DNA of 64,000 bases, taken from an archaeon. Its GTDB lineage: Archaea > Nanobdellota > Nanobdellia > SCGC-AAA011-G17 > GW2011-AR17. The translations under genes were made by a program, and so were the position numbers. Under the pieces are notes generated by a model. It worked only from the letters and a program-made list of their open reading frames with translations. It did no database searches and was not told where the DNA came from. How positions within the stretch are numbered: the stretch's first letter is position 1; each line of letters starts with the position of its first letter. Location: contig JABHYY010000018.1 in the NCBI GenBank assembly GCA_018653605.1, positions 120,413-184,412 of the forward strand, read 5' to 3'. Positions 1 to 8,951 of this stretch are shown piece after piece.

Positions 1-704
1 TGACCTCTATTGTAGCTAACATCAATTTCCATGTCATAGTAACCAGTTGTAAAACCTTCTAAATCTAACAAGAAACTAATAGACTGAGAATCTTCTTCAT
101 CTTCATTACTATCTTCAGGAGAAGCAGCTAACTCATCAATATAAGCACTTGTACTAAAAGCACCAATTGTCAACTCAACTTTAATGTCTTCTTCTTTTCT
201 TTCACCATTGTTTTCAACTCTAATTTCAACAACATCATTGTCTTGCAAAATTGTGTCATAGATAACATCATAGATATCTAAGGAATGTCTTTGTTGTTCA
301 ACATAAACACTAAACCCATACATATCACTGTCTACATCATCATACACTTCTACATACAATGTAAAATCATTGTCATCAACATCCATGTCTTCAGGTATGT
401 TCAAGTACAAAGTTTTAGAATAAGTTACATTCGGTTCAACATCAAAAATATCAGATGTATCTTCAACATCACCATGTTCATAACCACCAATCCAAGCTTT
501 AACTTTCACATCATCAACATAATCAGTCCCAATAAAGTCAACAACAACTTTTGTGTCTTCTCCTAATTCAATTTGTGCAGTAACACCATCACTCATATCA
601 ACACCATTAATATCAATATCTGACACCTCATAACTCTGTGCACTTACTAGACCTGAAAAAACTATCAGCATCACAAATGCTAACAAAATACTTTTCACTC
701 TCAT
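1..704 (-). CDS. Partial CDS (C-terminus lies beyond the window start): secreted, very acidic (D/E-rich) surface protein with an N-terminal signal peptide
   Basis: Manual translation of the minus strand from the ATG at 704..702 gives MRVKSILLAFVMLIVFSGLVSAQSYEVSDIDINGVDM..., i.e. a signal peptide with an A-x-A-like cleavage site. The frame stays open to position 1. It is absent from the supplied ORF track, presumably because no stop codon falls inside the window. Confidence 0.6.
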   Translation of the reverse strand, partial: MRVKSILLAFVMLIVFSGLVSAQSYEVSDIDINGVDMSDGVTAQIELGEDTKVVVDFIGTDYVDDVKVKAWIGGYEHGDVEDTSDIFDVEPNVTYSKTLYLNIPEDMDVDDNDFTLYVEVYDDVDSDMYGFSVYVEQQRHSLDIYDVIYDTILQDNDVVEIRVENNGERKEEDIKVELTIGAFSTSAYIDELAASPEDSNEDEEDSQSISFLLDLEGFTTGYYDMEIDVSYNRG

Positions 705-754
705 TTTTATAAACCCCCTATATACCCCTCTTTTTTGTTTACCTTTTTAATTTC

Positions 755-775
755 AAAAGCAATATATAAACTTTA
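755..775 (-). promoter_or_regulatory. Candidate archaeal TATA box/BRE for the 1..704 gene
   Basis: The AT-rich element aatatataaac (minus strand gtttatatatt) lies about 55-65 nt upstream of the ATG. A second TATATA (717-726) lies too close to the ATG to serve a leaderless transcript. Confidence 0.25.
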
Positions 776-877
776 TTGTAGTAAAGTTTAAGGTGTCCTA
801 TTCGAGAGTAGCACCAAATTATTTTAAGTTTTTATTCACTTAGAATAGTAAAAACTGCAGTCATAACCCAACTGTCC

Positions 878-1537
878 CTACTTAACCAATTTCAAAACTT
901 CACTAATTTCAGTACCAGAAACAGAACAACCTCTTAACTTAACAGCCCACAACAAAGCATCTAATGCATTTTTCTTATCACCATACTTATCCAACAAACC
1001 CAATTCATAAGCAACAATCCCAAGCTCAACACTTCTTAAAACTTTCAAATCACCCAACCATTCTTTAAACTTACCTAATTTTTTAACATCTATAGTAACC
1101 TTAGTATGCATCTTCCTACCAAGAACTTCAGCCAAACTTTCAGGGTTTTCAACCAAAACCCTAGTTGTCCTTTCATCAACAACCAATGCAGCAGACTTAA
1201 CATTCCTTGCTAAAACCAAAGCACCAATCTCACCATCATGCATAATTCTAATAGCTCTTCCTCTAGCCTTAAACATTGTATTAACTAAAGCAGCAATTTC
1301 ATCCATACTAAAATCTGAGTTAACTTTCAAATCACCATCTTCAATAACATTCCTAACTTGCATTGCTTCAAGCTTAAACCTTCTAGATTTCAAAGGATGA
1401 TCAATTATTTCTTTTTTAACAGATTCAGAAACAAAAAACTCACCATCAAACTGTTTTCTTAAAGGCTTCAATATCCACAACAGATTATTCATAGCCAAAC
1501 TAATAATAGTACTTGCATCAAAAACCAGAGATCTCAT
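878..1537 (-). CDS. PIN-like domain protein (hypothetical)
   Basis: The N-terminus VFDASTIISLA followed by acidic residues (D..E..D, GEIGALVLARNV..VVDERTTR) resembles a PIN nuclease fold. The C-terminal half is unassigned. Its start overlaps the stop of the upstream gene by 4 nt (ATGA). Confidence 0.4.
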   Translation of the reverse strand: MRSLVFDASTIISLAMNNLLWILKPLRKQFDGEFFVSESVKKEIIDHPLKSRRFKLEAMQVRNVIEDGDLKVNSDFSMDEIAALVNTMFKARGRAIRIMHDGEIGALVLARNVKSAALVVDERTTRVLVENPESLAEVLGRKMHTKVTIDVKKLGKFKEWLGDLKVLRSVELGIVAYELGLLDKYGDKKNALDALLWAVKLRGCSVSGTEISEVLKLVK

Positions 1538-2103
1538 ACTCCAAATATCCTCCTAACATCCATCAACCTTTGTTTCATATTTTTACTATCAACAACTTTA
1601 ATATCACTCAACTTAGTACCACCAACATAACTCCTTAACTCCCAAGAACTAATCCCCATCAACTGTGAAGCTCTACCAATAGAAATCCCATGCTCATAAA
1701 CCCTACCACCTTTCTTAATCTTAGCTTGTTTCAATACTTCAGTAATATACATCCCAAAACTTTTTTCCAACTTCCCAATCAAATCAAAAATCTTCTTAAT
1801 ACGCTTTTTATATTCCTTACCATTATTTTTTGTAAGAAAACTTTGTGCACCAGAAATCTCATTCAAGATATCTTTTTTAAAATTAACAAACTGTTTAGTT
1901 TTTTGCAACCTTTCCCTAGAAAAAATCTTATACAAAGAATAAGCGATAACTGCAACAGAAGTAGAATCCTCATCTTGATAAATCCCAGCATTATGCAAAG
2001 TTGTATCACTAGACTTTTTTAAAATATCAATATCCCCTTTAGAAACACCATCATGTAACTCAGACAACACTCGAAGAACATCTCTTTTTACCCTCTCTTC
2101 CAT
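1534..2103 (-). CDS. Hypothetical protein with a C-terminal helix-turn-helix-like segment
   Basis: A 189-aa ORF. The C-terminus GISIGRASQLMGISSWELRSYVGG is HTH-like. It is translationally coupled to the downstream PIN-like gene. Confidence 0.4.
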   Translation of the reverse strand: MEERVKRDVLRVLSELHDGVSKGDIDILKKSSDTTLHNAGIYQDEDSTSVAVIAYSLYKIFSRERLQKTKQFVNFKKDILNEISGAQSFLTKNNGKEYKKRIKKIFDLIGKLEKSFGMYITEVLKQAKIKKGGRVYEHGISIGRASQLMGISSWELRSYVGGTKLSDIKVVDSKNMKQRLMDVRRIFGV

Positions 2104-2216
2104 AAAATAATACTAAATCTACAAACTTAATAAGTCTTTCTTTCACCCCCACTTAGCAACAAAAATATATAATTCAATAAAAAACACTTTTATACTTGAT
2201 AATAATTATATAATTT

Positions 2217-2735
2217 ATGCCAGACCTAGAAGAAATGCTTGTTGTAGTAAGTGAAAATAATAATCCACAAACATTCTTAACAAAAGCTAGAACTCATGAG
2301 AAAGAATTTTATCACAGATCAATTCAAGTTTATATAATTCAAGATGGCAAAATTTGGATACAACAAAGACCCTTAGATAAAAAATTTGGAGGGAAGTTTG
2401 AACCAGTTGGTGGCCATGTAAATGAAGATGACTACAATATAGATCAAGAAGGATACTTACAATGTGCAAGAAGAGAAACAATAGAAGAAGTAGGAATTGA
2501 TAGTAGAAGTTATGTACATTTGTTAGACATACCAGCAACAGAACAAACAGGTAAAGAATTCAACAGAGTTTACAAGTTAAGAACAGAATTAGATCCAAAA
2601 CCAAATCCAAAAGAAACAATACCAGAAGGATCATACTTTAGAACACCAGAAGAAATTGAAGAAATTATAGAAAGAGGTGAAGCATCACCAAGCTTAGTAC
2701 ACACTTGGCCATTGATTAAAGACCAATTAAAATGA
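2217..2735 (+). CDS. NUDIX hydrolase
   Basis: Nudix box GGHVNEDDYNIDQEGYLQCARRETIEEVGI (G-x5-E-x7-REUxEExGU). Confidence 0.8.
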   Translation: MPDLEEMLVVVSENNNPQTFLTKARTHEKEFYHRSIQVYIIQDGKIWIQQRPLDKKFGGKFEPVGGHVNEDDYNIDQEGYLQCARRETIEEVGIDSRSYVHLLDIPATEQTGKEFNRVYKLRTELDPKPNPKETIPEGSYFRTPEEIEEIIERGEASPSLVHTWPLIKDQLK

Positions 2736-3655
2736 GAAGAAGAACAATACTAATGGGAGGAAAAACCCATGTAATATCACTTCCATTAAAATGGATTAAA
2801 AAGTATCAAGTGAAAAAGGGCCAAGAATTAGAACTTCTAGAAAACCAAAACACAATTCTAGTCTCAACAGACTCAAAACCAGCATTAAAAGAAATTAATC
2901 TAAACTTAACAAACACAGACACTTCAACACTAGTAAGAAACATAGTAACATGTTACCAAACTGGTTACAATTTTTTAAACATAAAATTAGATAAAAAAAC
3001 TTTAAACATAAAAACAAACAATCAAGTAAAAACAATAGACCTAATTCAAGACACTTGTGACCAATTGATTGGTTTTGAAATAACAGAACAAAAAGAAGGT
3101 TTTTGCCATATTAAAGATATCACAGACAATTCAATAAATGAATTTAATAAAATCCTAAGAAGAACTTTCTTAATGCTTAATTGTTTAAGCACAGAAACAC
3201 TGGACTATGTTAAAGGCAAAGAAACAGAAGACCTTTACAAAAAACATGTTAACATAAGAAGATTTACAAATTACTGTAGAAGATACCTAAACATCTTTGG
3301 GGTTGAAGACAAAACAAACTATTACAATGAATTATTATTAAGCATTGAAGAGATTTCAAGAACTTACAGGTTAATCACAAAAAGACATAACCCTAATGAA
3401 AACAAAGATATTCAAAAGATTCTAAAAAGAACAATAAAATTACAAGAACATTTCCAAAAATTCTTTTACAAATACAAGATTGAAAAATCTACAGACATAA
3501 TAAAAGAAAGGCTAGAAATCTTCCAAGAGATAAACAAGTTTCAGAGTTCAGAAAAAGAAGACATAGTACTTGTACACAGAATCCCTAATATCTTGAATAG
3601 AGTTCTAACTTTAATCAATGTAACAATTGCAATCAATTTTAATCAGAACCAGTAG
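2732..3655 (+). CDS. PhoU-like domain protein with an N-terminal SpoVT/AbrB-type DNA-binding domain (putative phosphate-uptake regulator homolog)
   Basis: The N-terminus GGKTHVISLPLKWIKKY is a swapped-hairpin AbrB-like motif. The remainder is helical with repeated D/E-x3-R-like PhoU features. Its start overlaps the NUDIX stop. Confidence 0.45.
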   Translation: MRRRTILMGGKTHVISLPLKWIKKYQVKKGQELELLENQNTILVSTDSKPALKEINLNLTNTDTSTLVRNIVTCYQTGYNFLNIKLDKKTLNIKTNNQVKTIDLIQDTCDQLIGFEITEQKEGFCHIKDITDNSINEFNKILRRTFLMLNCLSTETLDYVKGKETEDLYKKHVNIRRFTNYCRRYLNIFGVEDKTNYYNELLLSIEEISRTYRLITKRHNPNENKDIQKILKRTIKLQEHFQKFFYKYKIEKSTDIIKERLEIFQEINKFQSSEKEDIVLVHRIPNILNRVLTLINVTIAINFNQNQ

Positions 3656-3959
3656 AATATTTTTTATTCATAGGAATAATTGTAATCCCTTGTAAACCAT
3701 CAATATCACTTGCACCAACTCTAAAATAATCTTCAAAATCTTTAGAATTAAAACCACGCCCATCTTTAGCAGTAGCAACAACAACCCTACTCAACTTATT
3801 ATCTAAAGTAGGCCCATCATTTTGTTCTCTAAGAATAGCAGGATTTGATTCATATTCAGTAAATGTAAACCCTCTTCTTTCTAATTCACTAAAAGCCTCA
3901 ACAGCAGTAGTAAACCCTCCTTCTAAAAGTACAAGATAAGCATTATGATGACTTCCCAT
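3639..3959 (-). CDS. Hypothetical protein (106 aa)
   Basis: A clean ORF with AT-rich third codon positions; no recognisable motif. An upstream TATA (tttatatata) at ~3975-3990 on the minus strand. Confidence 0.4.
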   Translation of the reverse strand: MGSHHNAYLVLLEGGFTTAVEAFSELERRGFTFTEYESNPAILREQNDGPTLDNKLSRVVVATAKDGRGFNSKDFEDYFRVGASDIDGLQGITIIPMNKKYSTGSD

Positions 3960-4000
3960 ATTATAAAAAATATAAAAACTATATATAAAAATATGTATAC

Positions 4001-4759
4001 TTAATCAGAACTAACTCTAGGAGCAAGAATAAAACTCAACCTTAACTTATCCAACAACTTATACTCAGCTCTCAAAGGATAATCAGGACCAAACTCTAAA
4101 CTAACTTGATCAGACAACTTAGAAGCTTTAGAAATTTTCTTCAAATACTCAATTGAATACTTAGAAAACACTTCTTCAGCAGAATCATTAATAATATTCA
4201 CATCCTCAGAACTTGGCATTGTAACTTTTGCATCTCTAAGATTACTTTCACATTTCACAATAAAGTTTTCTTTAGAACTAACCAAAGCAACACTTTCTGC
4301 AACAACACCCATATCTTCAATAGCTTCATCAAAAATAGAAGAAGATAAACTCACTTTTGTTGCAAAACTTAAATCAGGCAACTTATGTTCATTTTCATCA
4401 ATATTAATCAAAGGAATATTAAACTTCTTAGCACTCATTCCAGAAAAATTAACTTGCAACCTATTTTTTTCTTCATCCAACTCTAAAGTCAAAGTATCAA
4501 CAGGTTTAGCTCTTTTCAAAACAACTTTCAAATGTTCTAAATTAATAGCCAACTCTTGAGGCTTTGGAACTGAGTATTCAACAAATGCAGAACTTAATAG
4601 CTTAAAATCAATCATAGCAACATTAGCAGGATCAATAGCAATAATTTCAATCTTATCCTGATCTACCTTCAATGTAACCTCATTAACAAGCTCAGAAATG
4701 ATATTCATACTCTCTTTAAGCAACCTTGGTTCGGCTAAAGTTAATTTCATAACCAGCAA
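4001..4759 (-). CDS. pcn: DNA polymerase sliding clamp PCNA
   Basis: Full-length similarity to archaeal PCNA, including the N-terminal ...LKESMNIISELVNE and the C-terminal ...LSFILAPRVSSD (compare Pyrococcus LAPRVEE). The more likely start is MKLTL at 4750. Confidence 0.85.
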   Translation of the reverse strand: MLVMKLTLAEPRLLKESMNIISELVNEVTLKVDQDKIEIIAIDPANVAMIDFKLLSSAFVEYSVPKPQELAINLEHLKVVLKRAKPVDTLTLELDEEKNRLQVNFSGMSAKKFNIPLINIDENEHKLPDLSFATKVSLSSSIFDEAIEDMGVVAESVALVSSKENFIVKCESNLRDAKVTMPSSEDVNIINDSAEEVFSKYSIEYLKKISKASKLSDQVSLEFGPDYPLRAEYKLLDKLRLSFILAPRVSSD

Positions 4760-4808
4760 AAAGACAAACCTGCTTTTTATAGATTATTATTCTTCATCAC
4801 TCGTTTTA

Positions 4809-5192
4809 CTAAATATCCCATCCAAGCAAATCAAGTGCATTGTTCACAATAACAAACAATCCAAACACAATTACCAACGAACTTAACACATAAGAGTCAA
4901 CAGCCATGTCCATTACAAGAGGCAAAAAATCAAACACACCGAACTCTAAGCCTATTGGAAAAGCACCAAAGAAAAACAAACAAAGTGAAACTAAAAATCT
5001 CACCTTATTCTCTTTAAAGCCAAGAACAATTGCCTCTCTAAACACTACAACAGACAAGAAAATTAAAAACACCTCTAATATCCATGTACTCAAGTGATAA
5101 ACAAGTGCATACACACCAAGCAAAGCTACAAGTACACCTAAACCTAACTTTATACTCTCTCTCACCTTCTTTATTTTTGAAAATTTAATCAT
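4809..5192 (-). CDS. Small integral membrane protein (3-4 TM), hypothetical
   Basis: A hydrophobic ORF. The start is trimmed to MIKFSK at 5192 to avoid a ~110-nt overlap with TFS. Confidence 0.4.
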   Translation of the reverse strand: MIKFSKIKKVRESIKLGLGVLVALLGVYALVYHLSTWILEVFLIFLSVVVFREAIVLGFKENKVRFLVSLCLFFFGAFPIGLEFGVFDFLPLVMDMAVDSYVLSSLVIVFGLFVIVNNALDLLGWDI

Positions 5193-5502
5193 AGCTTCTC
5201 CACCTATGACTACATTTTGCACACTCAAAAAATCGAGTTTCAGCCTCATCAGAAGACCTAGTTTGCTGTGTCCAGAAATAAGCAGTATGGAAACCACACT
5301 CAGGGCACTTTTCTTTTGTTTTAGGCATAACCTCTTTAGTTGCTTTATCTAATATTTCTACCTTCTTAACAGCCTTAACATCTTCTCTCATAAGAATATC
5401 ATCTTTTTCAATAGAGTTATGACCACAAGTACAAATTAAATAAGTCTTCTTCCCCTCTTCTTTGGGACTCATAATACTTCCACATTTTGGACAAAATAAC
5501 AT
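5185..5502 (-). CDS. tfs: Transcription factor S / RNA polymerase subunit M (TFIIS-type zinc ribbon)
   Basis: N-terminal CPKCG...CTCG Zn ribbon and C-terminal CPECGFHTAYFWTQQTRSSDEAETRFFECAKCSHRW TFIIS ribbon with the acidic hairpin SDE. Confidence 0.9.
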   Translation of the reverse strand: MLFCPKCGSIMSPKEEGKKTYLICTCGHNSIEKDDILMREDVKAVKKVEILDKATKEVMPKTKEKCPECGFHTAYFWTQQTRSSDEAETRFFECAKCSHRWRSYD

Positions 5503-5508
5503 TTTTCA

Positions 5509-6063
5509 TTAACCTCCGATTAAGTTTGCAAAGACAAGTTTCACCCATCCAATCCAGGGAATCTTGTACAATGCCATTCCTTCAATTTCATTAATATTAA
5601 CATCAAAGGGATCAGGAGCATCATTATTGTCTCCTTTCACCACAACAGTATTTTCATCTTCATTTATAAATGTTACTCTATGTATGATAGGATAAACATA
5701 ACCACCTTGATAAACCACTATATCACCAACTTCAACATCTTTATTTTTCAAAATAATCACATCACCTTTGTTAAACCCATTTTTCATCCTAAAAGCTTCA
5801 AATTCAGCTTTCTCCACCCCATTTTCTTCATACCAAGCCCCATTCTCATCCCACCATTCATCTAAATCAAGACCCTCATGCTCCATACTACCACTAACAA
5901 CAGCCACCAAAGGATAATCAGTATCCAAAGCCCAACCTAATCCAGGAAAGATAATAAACTTAACAATCACAAAAGCAAGAATAATATTAACAATCCAAGA
6001 CCAAATAGAATTATCATGCACTAAAAAATGATAGAATTTTTTAAGGTCTTTTTTCCAATCCAT
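5509..6063 (-). CDS. Signal peptidase I (archaeal Sec11/S26B type)
   Basis: An N-terminal TM anchor. The catalytic box VVSGSMEH (SGSM), a second box GDIVVY...HRV and GDNN..D. Confidence 0.8.
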   Translation of the reverse strand: MDWKKDLKKFYHFLVHDNSIWSWIVNIILAFVIVKFIIFPGLGWALDTDYPLVAVVSGSMEHEGLDLDEWWDENGAWYEENGVEKAEFEAFRMKNGFNKGDVIILKNKDVEVGDIVVYQGGYVYPIIHRVTFINEDENTVVVKGDNNDAPDPFDVNINEIEGMALYKIPWIGWVKLVFANLIGG

Positions 6064-6105
6064 ACAGAATTACAGCCTTGACAAATTTAAATAGCTTTCG
6101 TAAAT

Positions 6106-6378
6106 TTATTTCAATTTTTTGAAAGCAGAAGCAAACTCTTTTGTACCTTTTTCCAGTCGAGAAATAGCATCTAAAAGTACTTTTTTAGGAACTTTAGTTT
6201 TTGTTTCTAAGATTAAAACAGGATTATCAACTTGAGGATGTTTAAGATTATAACCAGCAATAACAGTTTCCTTATCATTCCATAATTCTTTAACAATAGC
6301 ATTAACCAAAGTATGTGATTTTGCAACAAACTCCAACTTTATTCTATTCTTCTCAGATTCAACTACTTTAATTTCCAT
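6106..6378 (-). CDS. rpoL: DNA-directed RNA polymerase subunit L (Rpb11 homolog)
   Basis: A 90-aa protein: ...KSHTLVNAIVKELWND...AGYNLKHPQVDNPVLIL..., matching the RpoL/Rpb11 signature. Confidence 0.8.
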   Translation of the reverse strand: MEIKVVESEKNRIKLEFVAKSHTLVNAIVKELWNDKETVIAGYNLKHPQVDNPVLILETKTKVPKKVLLDAISRLEKGTKEFASAFKKLK

Positions 6379-6420
6379 CTTAAACTATAAGTTTACAATC
6401 TCTATTTTTAAAGGTTTCTA

Positions 6421-6843
6421 TTAGGCTGTTCTAGCCAGAGTTAACCTTTCCTGCAAATAATCAAATATCCTGGCCTCACCAGGCCCACCAATATCAAAAT
6501 AAGTATGATCCTGTTCCTGAAGTGCCGTTAATGCTTTCCTTCCATTAGGAGAACTCATCACAGGACCCCCATAAAAAACAATTACTGTACCAGAAGGAAC
6601 ATGATCAAAAACAACTTGGGGAGTTTCATAAGGACCAACAACATTTTCAGATTCATCACGCCAACAACCATCATTCAAAAAAGCATTAATAAGAACAGCA
6701 TCATAACCCCCCTTAAACATATCAAGAGCTTGCCGAACATTAGTTGCTCTATTAATTTCACACTGTTCATCAGCAAGTCTATTTTCCAAATTCTTACGAG
6801 CAATAGTGTCCATATCAACAATTAAAATTCTAGACCCTTTCAT
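6421..6843 (-). CDS. CheY-like receiver domain protein (possible pseudo-receiver)
   Basis: RILIVDMD...GGYDAVLINAFLNDG aligns to CheY GGYGFVISDWNMPNMDG, with Asn at the phospho-Asp position. The start is taken as MKGSRIL (6843) rather than the ORF-track Met. Confidence 0.4.
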   Translation of the reverse strand: MKGSRILIVDMDTIARKNLENRLADEQCEINRATNVRQALDMFKGGYDAVLINAFLNDGCWRDESENVVGPYETPQVVFDHVPSGTVIVFYGGPVMSSPNGRKALTALQEQDHTYFDIGGPGEARIFDYLQERLTLARTA

Positions 6844-6891
6844 AAAATAAAGAATAAAAAAAGAATATTTAAGTTTATCTAAGATCAATCC

Positions 6892-7197
6892 CTAAAACCT
6901 AACACTAAATTCAAACAAAGGCAATACAGGTCTCTCATAATCATTCAATCCAGGAAACAGAGTTTCTTCATAAGGCATAACTGTTCTCTCATACTCAAAA
7001 CCTGTATCCAATCTACTCCTATCAAATTCATAATCCAAAACACTCACCTCAGGACAAACTACAGCCTTAGACAAATCAGTTTCTAAACAATTCACAACAC
7101 AAGGTTGCAAAACTAAACTCAAAGCTAAACATGCTAAATTCATAATAACCACCTCCAATACTAAATATGACACACAACAACTTAAACCAAACCCCAA
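6892..7197 (-). CDS. Small Cys-rich protein with a hydrophobic N-terminus (possibly secreted)
   Basis: A 101-aa ORF with 7 Cys in the first 50 residues. It is packed tightly between flanking genes (3-nt and 13-nt spacers). Confidence 0.35.
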   Translation of the reverse strand: MGFGLSCCVSYLVLEVVIMNLACLALSLVLQPCVVNCLETDLSKAVVCPEVSVLDYEFDRSRLDTGFEYERTVMPYEETLFPGLNDYERPVLPLFEFSVRF

Positions 7198-7210
7198 TAA
7201 ATTATATAAA

Positions 7211-7828
7211 TTATGTACTTCTCAAACCCCAACACCCAACATCAATTCTTTTAATCCTTGATGTATGAAACCAAAACTTCTGTCTTAAAGGTAATTTATA
7301 TCTAAAAGTAATGAAAACCTTAAACCCATTCTCTTTAGCAAACTTTTCAACAAAATCTCTAGTATTAAATTTATGAAAAGAATAAATAATTTTAGATATC
7401 TCCATAGCTTTAATTAAAAACAATTTATCAGCATGTGTTTCTTTAACCCCAAATGGAGGATTTTGTATAACAACAGCAACTTTTTTATCAAAATCCTTAA
7501 CATCCATATTAAAAAATTCAGCTTTAAATTTCTTACCAACTAACTTTTCCATTTTTTTAAGATTATCTTTAGCTACCTTTATCGCCTCTTTATCAAACTC
7601 AACAAAATAAACTTTTCTTGCACCAAGAATCAGAGCACCAATACCAAATATTCCAGGACCAGCACCTAAATCAGCAATTGTTTTGCCAGTGATATGTTTA
7701 TTCAAATAAGCATTCCACAAACAGTCAGCAGCAATATCAGAAGAAGTAGAATACTGTTCTAATTTCACATCAGGATCCTGAAACTCCATCAATTGTGACA
7801 ATAACAACTCCAACTCTTTTTTATTCAT
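7211..7828 (-). CDS. Class I SAM-dependent N6-adenine methyltransferase, METTL5-like
   Basis: SAM motif I DLGAGPGIFGIGALILGA, an acidic box VYFVEFD and motif IV VIQNPPFG (NPPF). Confidence 0.7.
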   Translation of the reverse strand: MNKKELELLLSQLMEFQDPDVKLEQYSTSSDIAADCLWNAYLNKHITGKTIADLGAGPGIFGIGALILGARKVYFVEFDKEAIKVAKDNLKKMEKLVGKKFKAEFFNMDVKDFDKKVAVVIQNPPFGVKETHADKLFLIKAMEISKIIYSFHKFNTRDFVEKFAKENGFKVFITFRYKLPLRQKFWFHTSRIKRIDVGCWGLRST

Positions 7829-7851
7829 ACTAAATTACAAAGTAGAGAAAT

Positions 7852-8313
7852 TTATAAAACTATTGGAGTCAAATTTGGTTCAGAACCAGACTCCCTATAA
7901 AGCCCATTATCATCATCACCAGACTGAGTATCATAATAACTTCCATTAACATAAGCCTGACCTAAGGTACTACAAAAATTTCTAAGAGGCTTACAAGTAT
8001 CATCAACACTACCTGTTTTTAAAATATGTTCAATCCTAGCAACATGCCCACTTAGATAAGATAAGATCTCTCCACTTTCAGCTACAAGTATACTATCCAA
8101 TAATTCTGCGTGATTATCTAAAAAACTTTCATAATCTTCAGTAGTACAACCCTCAAGATCACCAGTTCTAAAATATCTGCCAGCTTTACAAACAGAATCC
8201 AAATACTGTCCAACACTTTTCAACCTTCTTTGCTCATCTGGAGAACTAACATCACCAGCTTCCAAAGCTTCACTCAGCCTTAAACATTGCATTCCTCTAG
8301 CTAATCTTTCCAT
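7852..8313 (-). CDS. Hypothetical protein (153 aa, acidic, Lys-poor)
   Basis: A clean ORF with no recognisable motif. Confidence 0.35.
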   Translation of the reverse strand: MERLARGMQCLRLSEALEAGDVSSPDEQRRLKSVGQYLDSVCKAGRYFRTGDLEGCTTEDYESFLDNHAELLDSILVAESGEILSYLSGHVARIEHILKTGSVDDTCKPLRNFCSTLGQAYVNGSYYDTQSGDDDNGLYRESGSEPNLTPIVL

Positions 8314-8367
8314 AAAAACAAAACAACATAAACATCATTTATTAACTTTATGTAATTCAAGAATACA

Positions 8368-8865
8368 CTATCCCTTCTTAAATTTAACCAAGTCACCAAT
8401 AGTAACAGCACTACTTTTAGTATTAAACTCTTTAACAGTATCTTCACTAACTTTCTCTTGCTCTTTGATCAATTTAACACCAAAGAATTGCTCTAATTTT
8501 TTAGCTAATTTCAAAGAAGGCTCTAAACTACCACTCTCAACCTTTTGCAGAACAGAAGATTTTTCAGCAATTGCCTTTGCAGCATCTTCCTGCTTCATTC
8601 CCATCTTAAGCCTAGCATTTTTAACAACAGCACCAAAATTACCAACAAGAGTTTCACCCTCAACAGACCTAACAGGCTTATGAACAGGATTTTTCCAAGA
8701 AGAACCCCTAAACTTCAAAGCTTTATCAACAGCATCCTGAGAAGGCTTCTTCATTTCAATAGCATTACCATACCGAACACACTCCCTACACACACTACGA
8801 ACACCACCCTCAACAATTGCATGCACAGTATTTGCAGTTTTTCCACATAGCTCACAAACTTCCAT
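8368..8865 (-). CDS. mbf1: Archaeal multiprotein-bridging factor 1 (Zn-ribbon plus XRE HTH)
   Basis: The N-terminus CELCGK...CRECVRYG is a Zn ribbon. The C-terminus LKMGMKQEDAAKAIAEKSSVLQKVESG is a cro/C1-type HTH. The start is taken at MEVCELCGK. Confidence 0.7.
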   Translation of the reverse strand: MEVCELCGKTANTVHAIVEGGVRSVCRECVRYGNAIEMKKPSQDAVDKALKFRGSSWKNPVHKPVRSVEGETLVGNFGAVVKNARLKMGMKQEDAAKAIAEKSSVLQKVESGSLEPSLKLAKKLEQFFGVKLIKEQEKVSEDTVKEFNTKSSAVTIGDLVKFKKG

Positions 8866-8951
8866 ATCAACTACAAAACACCCCAAACTTATAAATATTT
8901 ACCATCTACTTCTCCACAAATCTTTTAAACCAAAACTTAAAAATAAACCTA

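Noticed and set aside
285-566. A plus-strand 93-aa ORF from the track (and similar ORFs at 1690..2022, 2287..2538, 4698..4886, 4906..5097, 5680..5865, 6601..6825, 8465..8850, 9062..9460, 9596..9820, 12150..12344, 15937..16155, 16667..17014, 17723..17908, 18916..19128, 19947..20195, 22009..22867, 22971..23993, 24628..25216, 26002..26636, 27221..27433, 29236..29745, 30124..30324, 30814..31032, 32112..32723, 34874..35077, 35325..35537, 35625..36401, 36663..37068, 39097..39414, 40363..40623, 42281..42481, 42796..43077, 43755..44426, 45663..46334, 46893..47353, 48030..48968, 50914..52128, 54064..60969 small ORFs)
   Set aside because: All lie inside and antisense to, or out of frame with, longer well-supported genes. 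They have low-complexity, hydrophobic translations typical of AT-rich antisense frames. No independent support.
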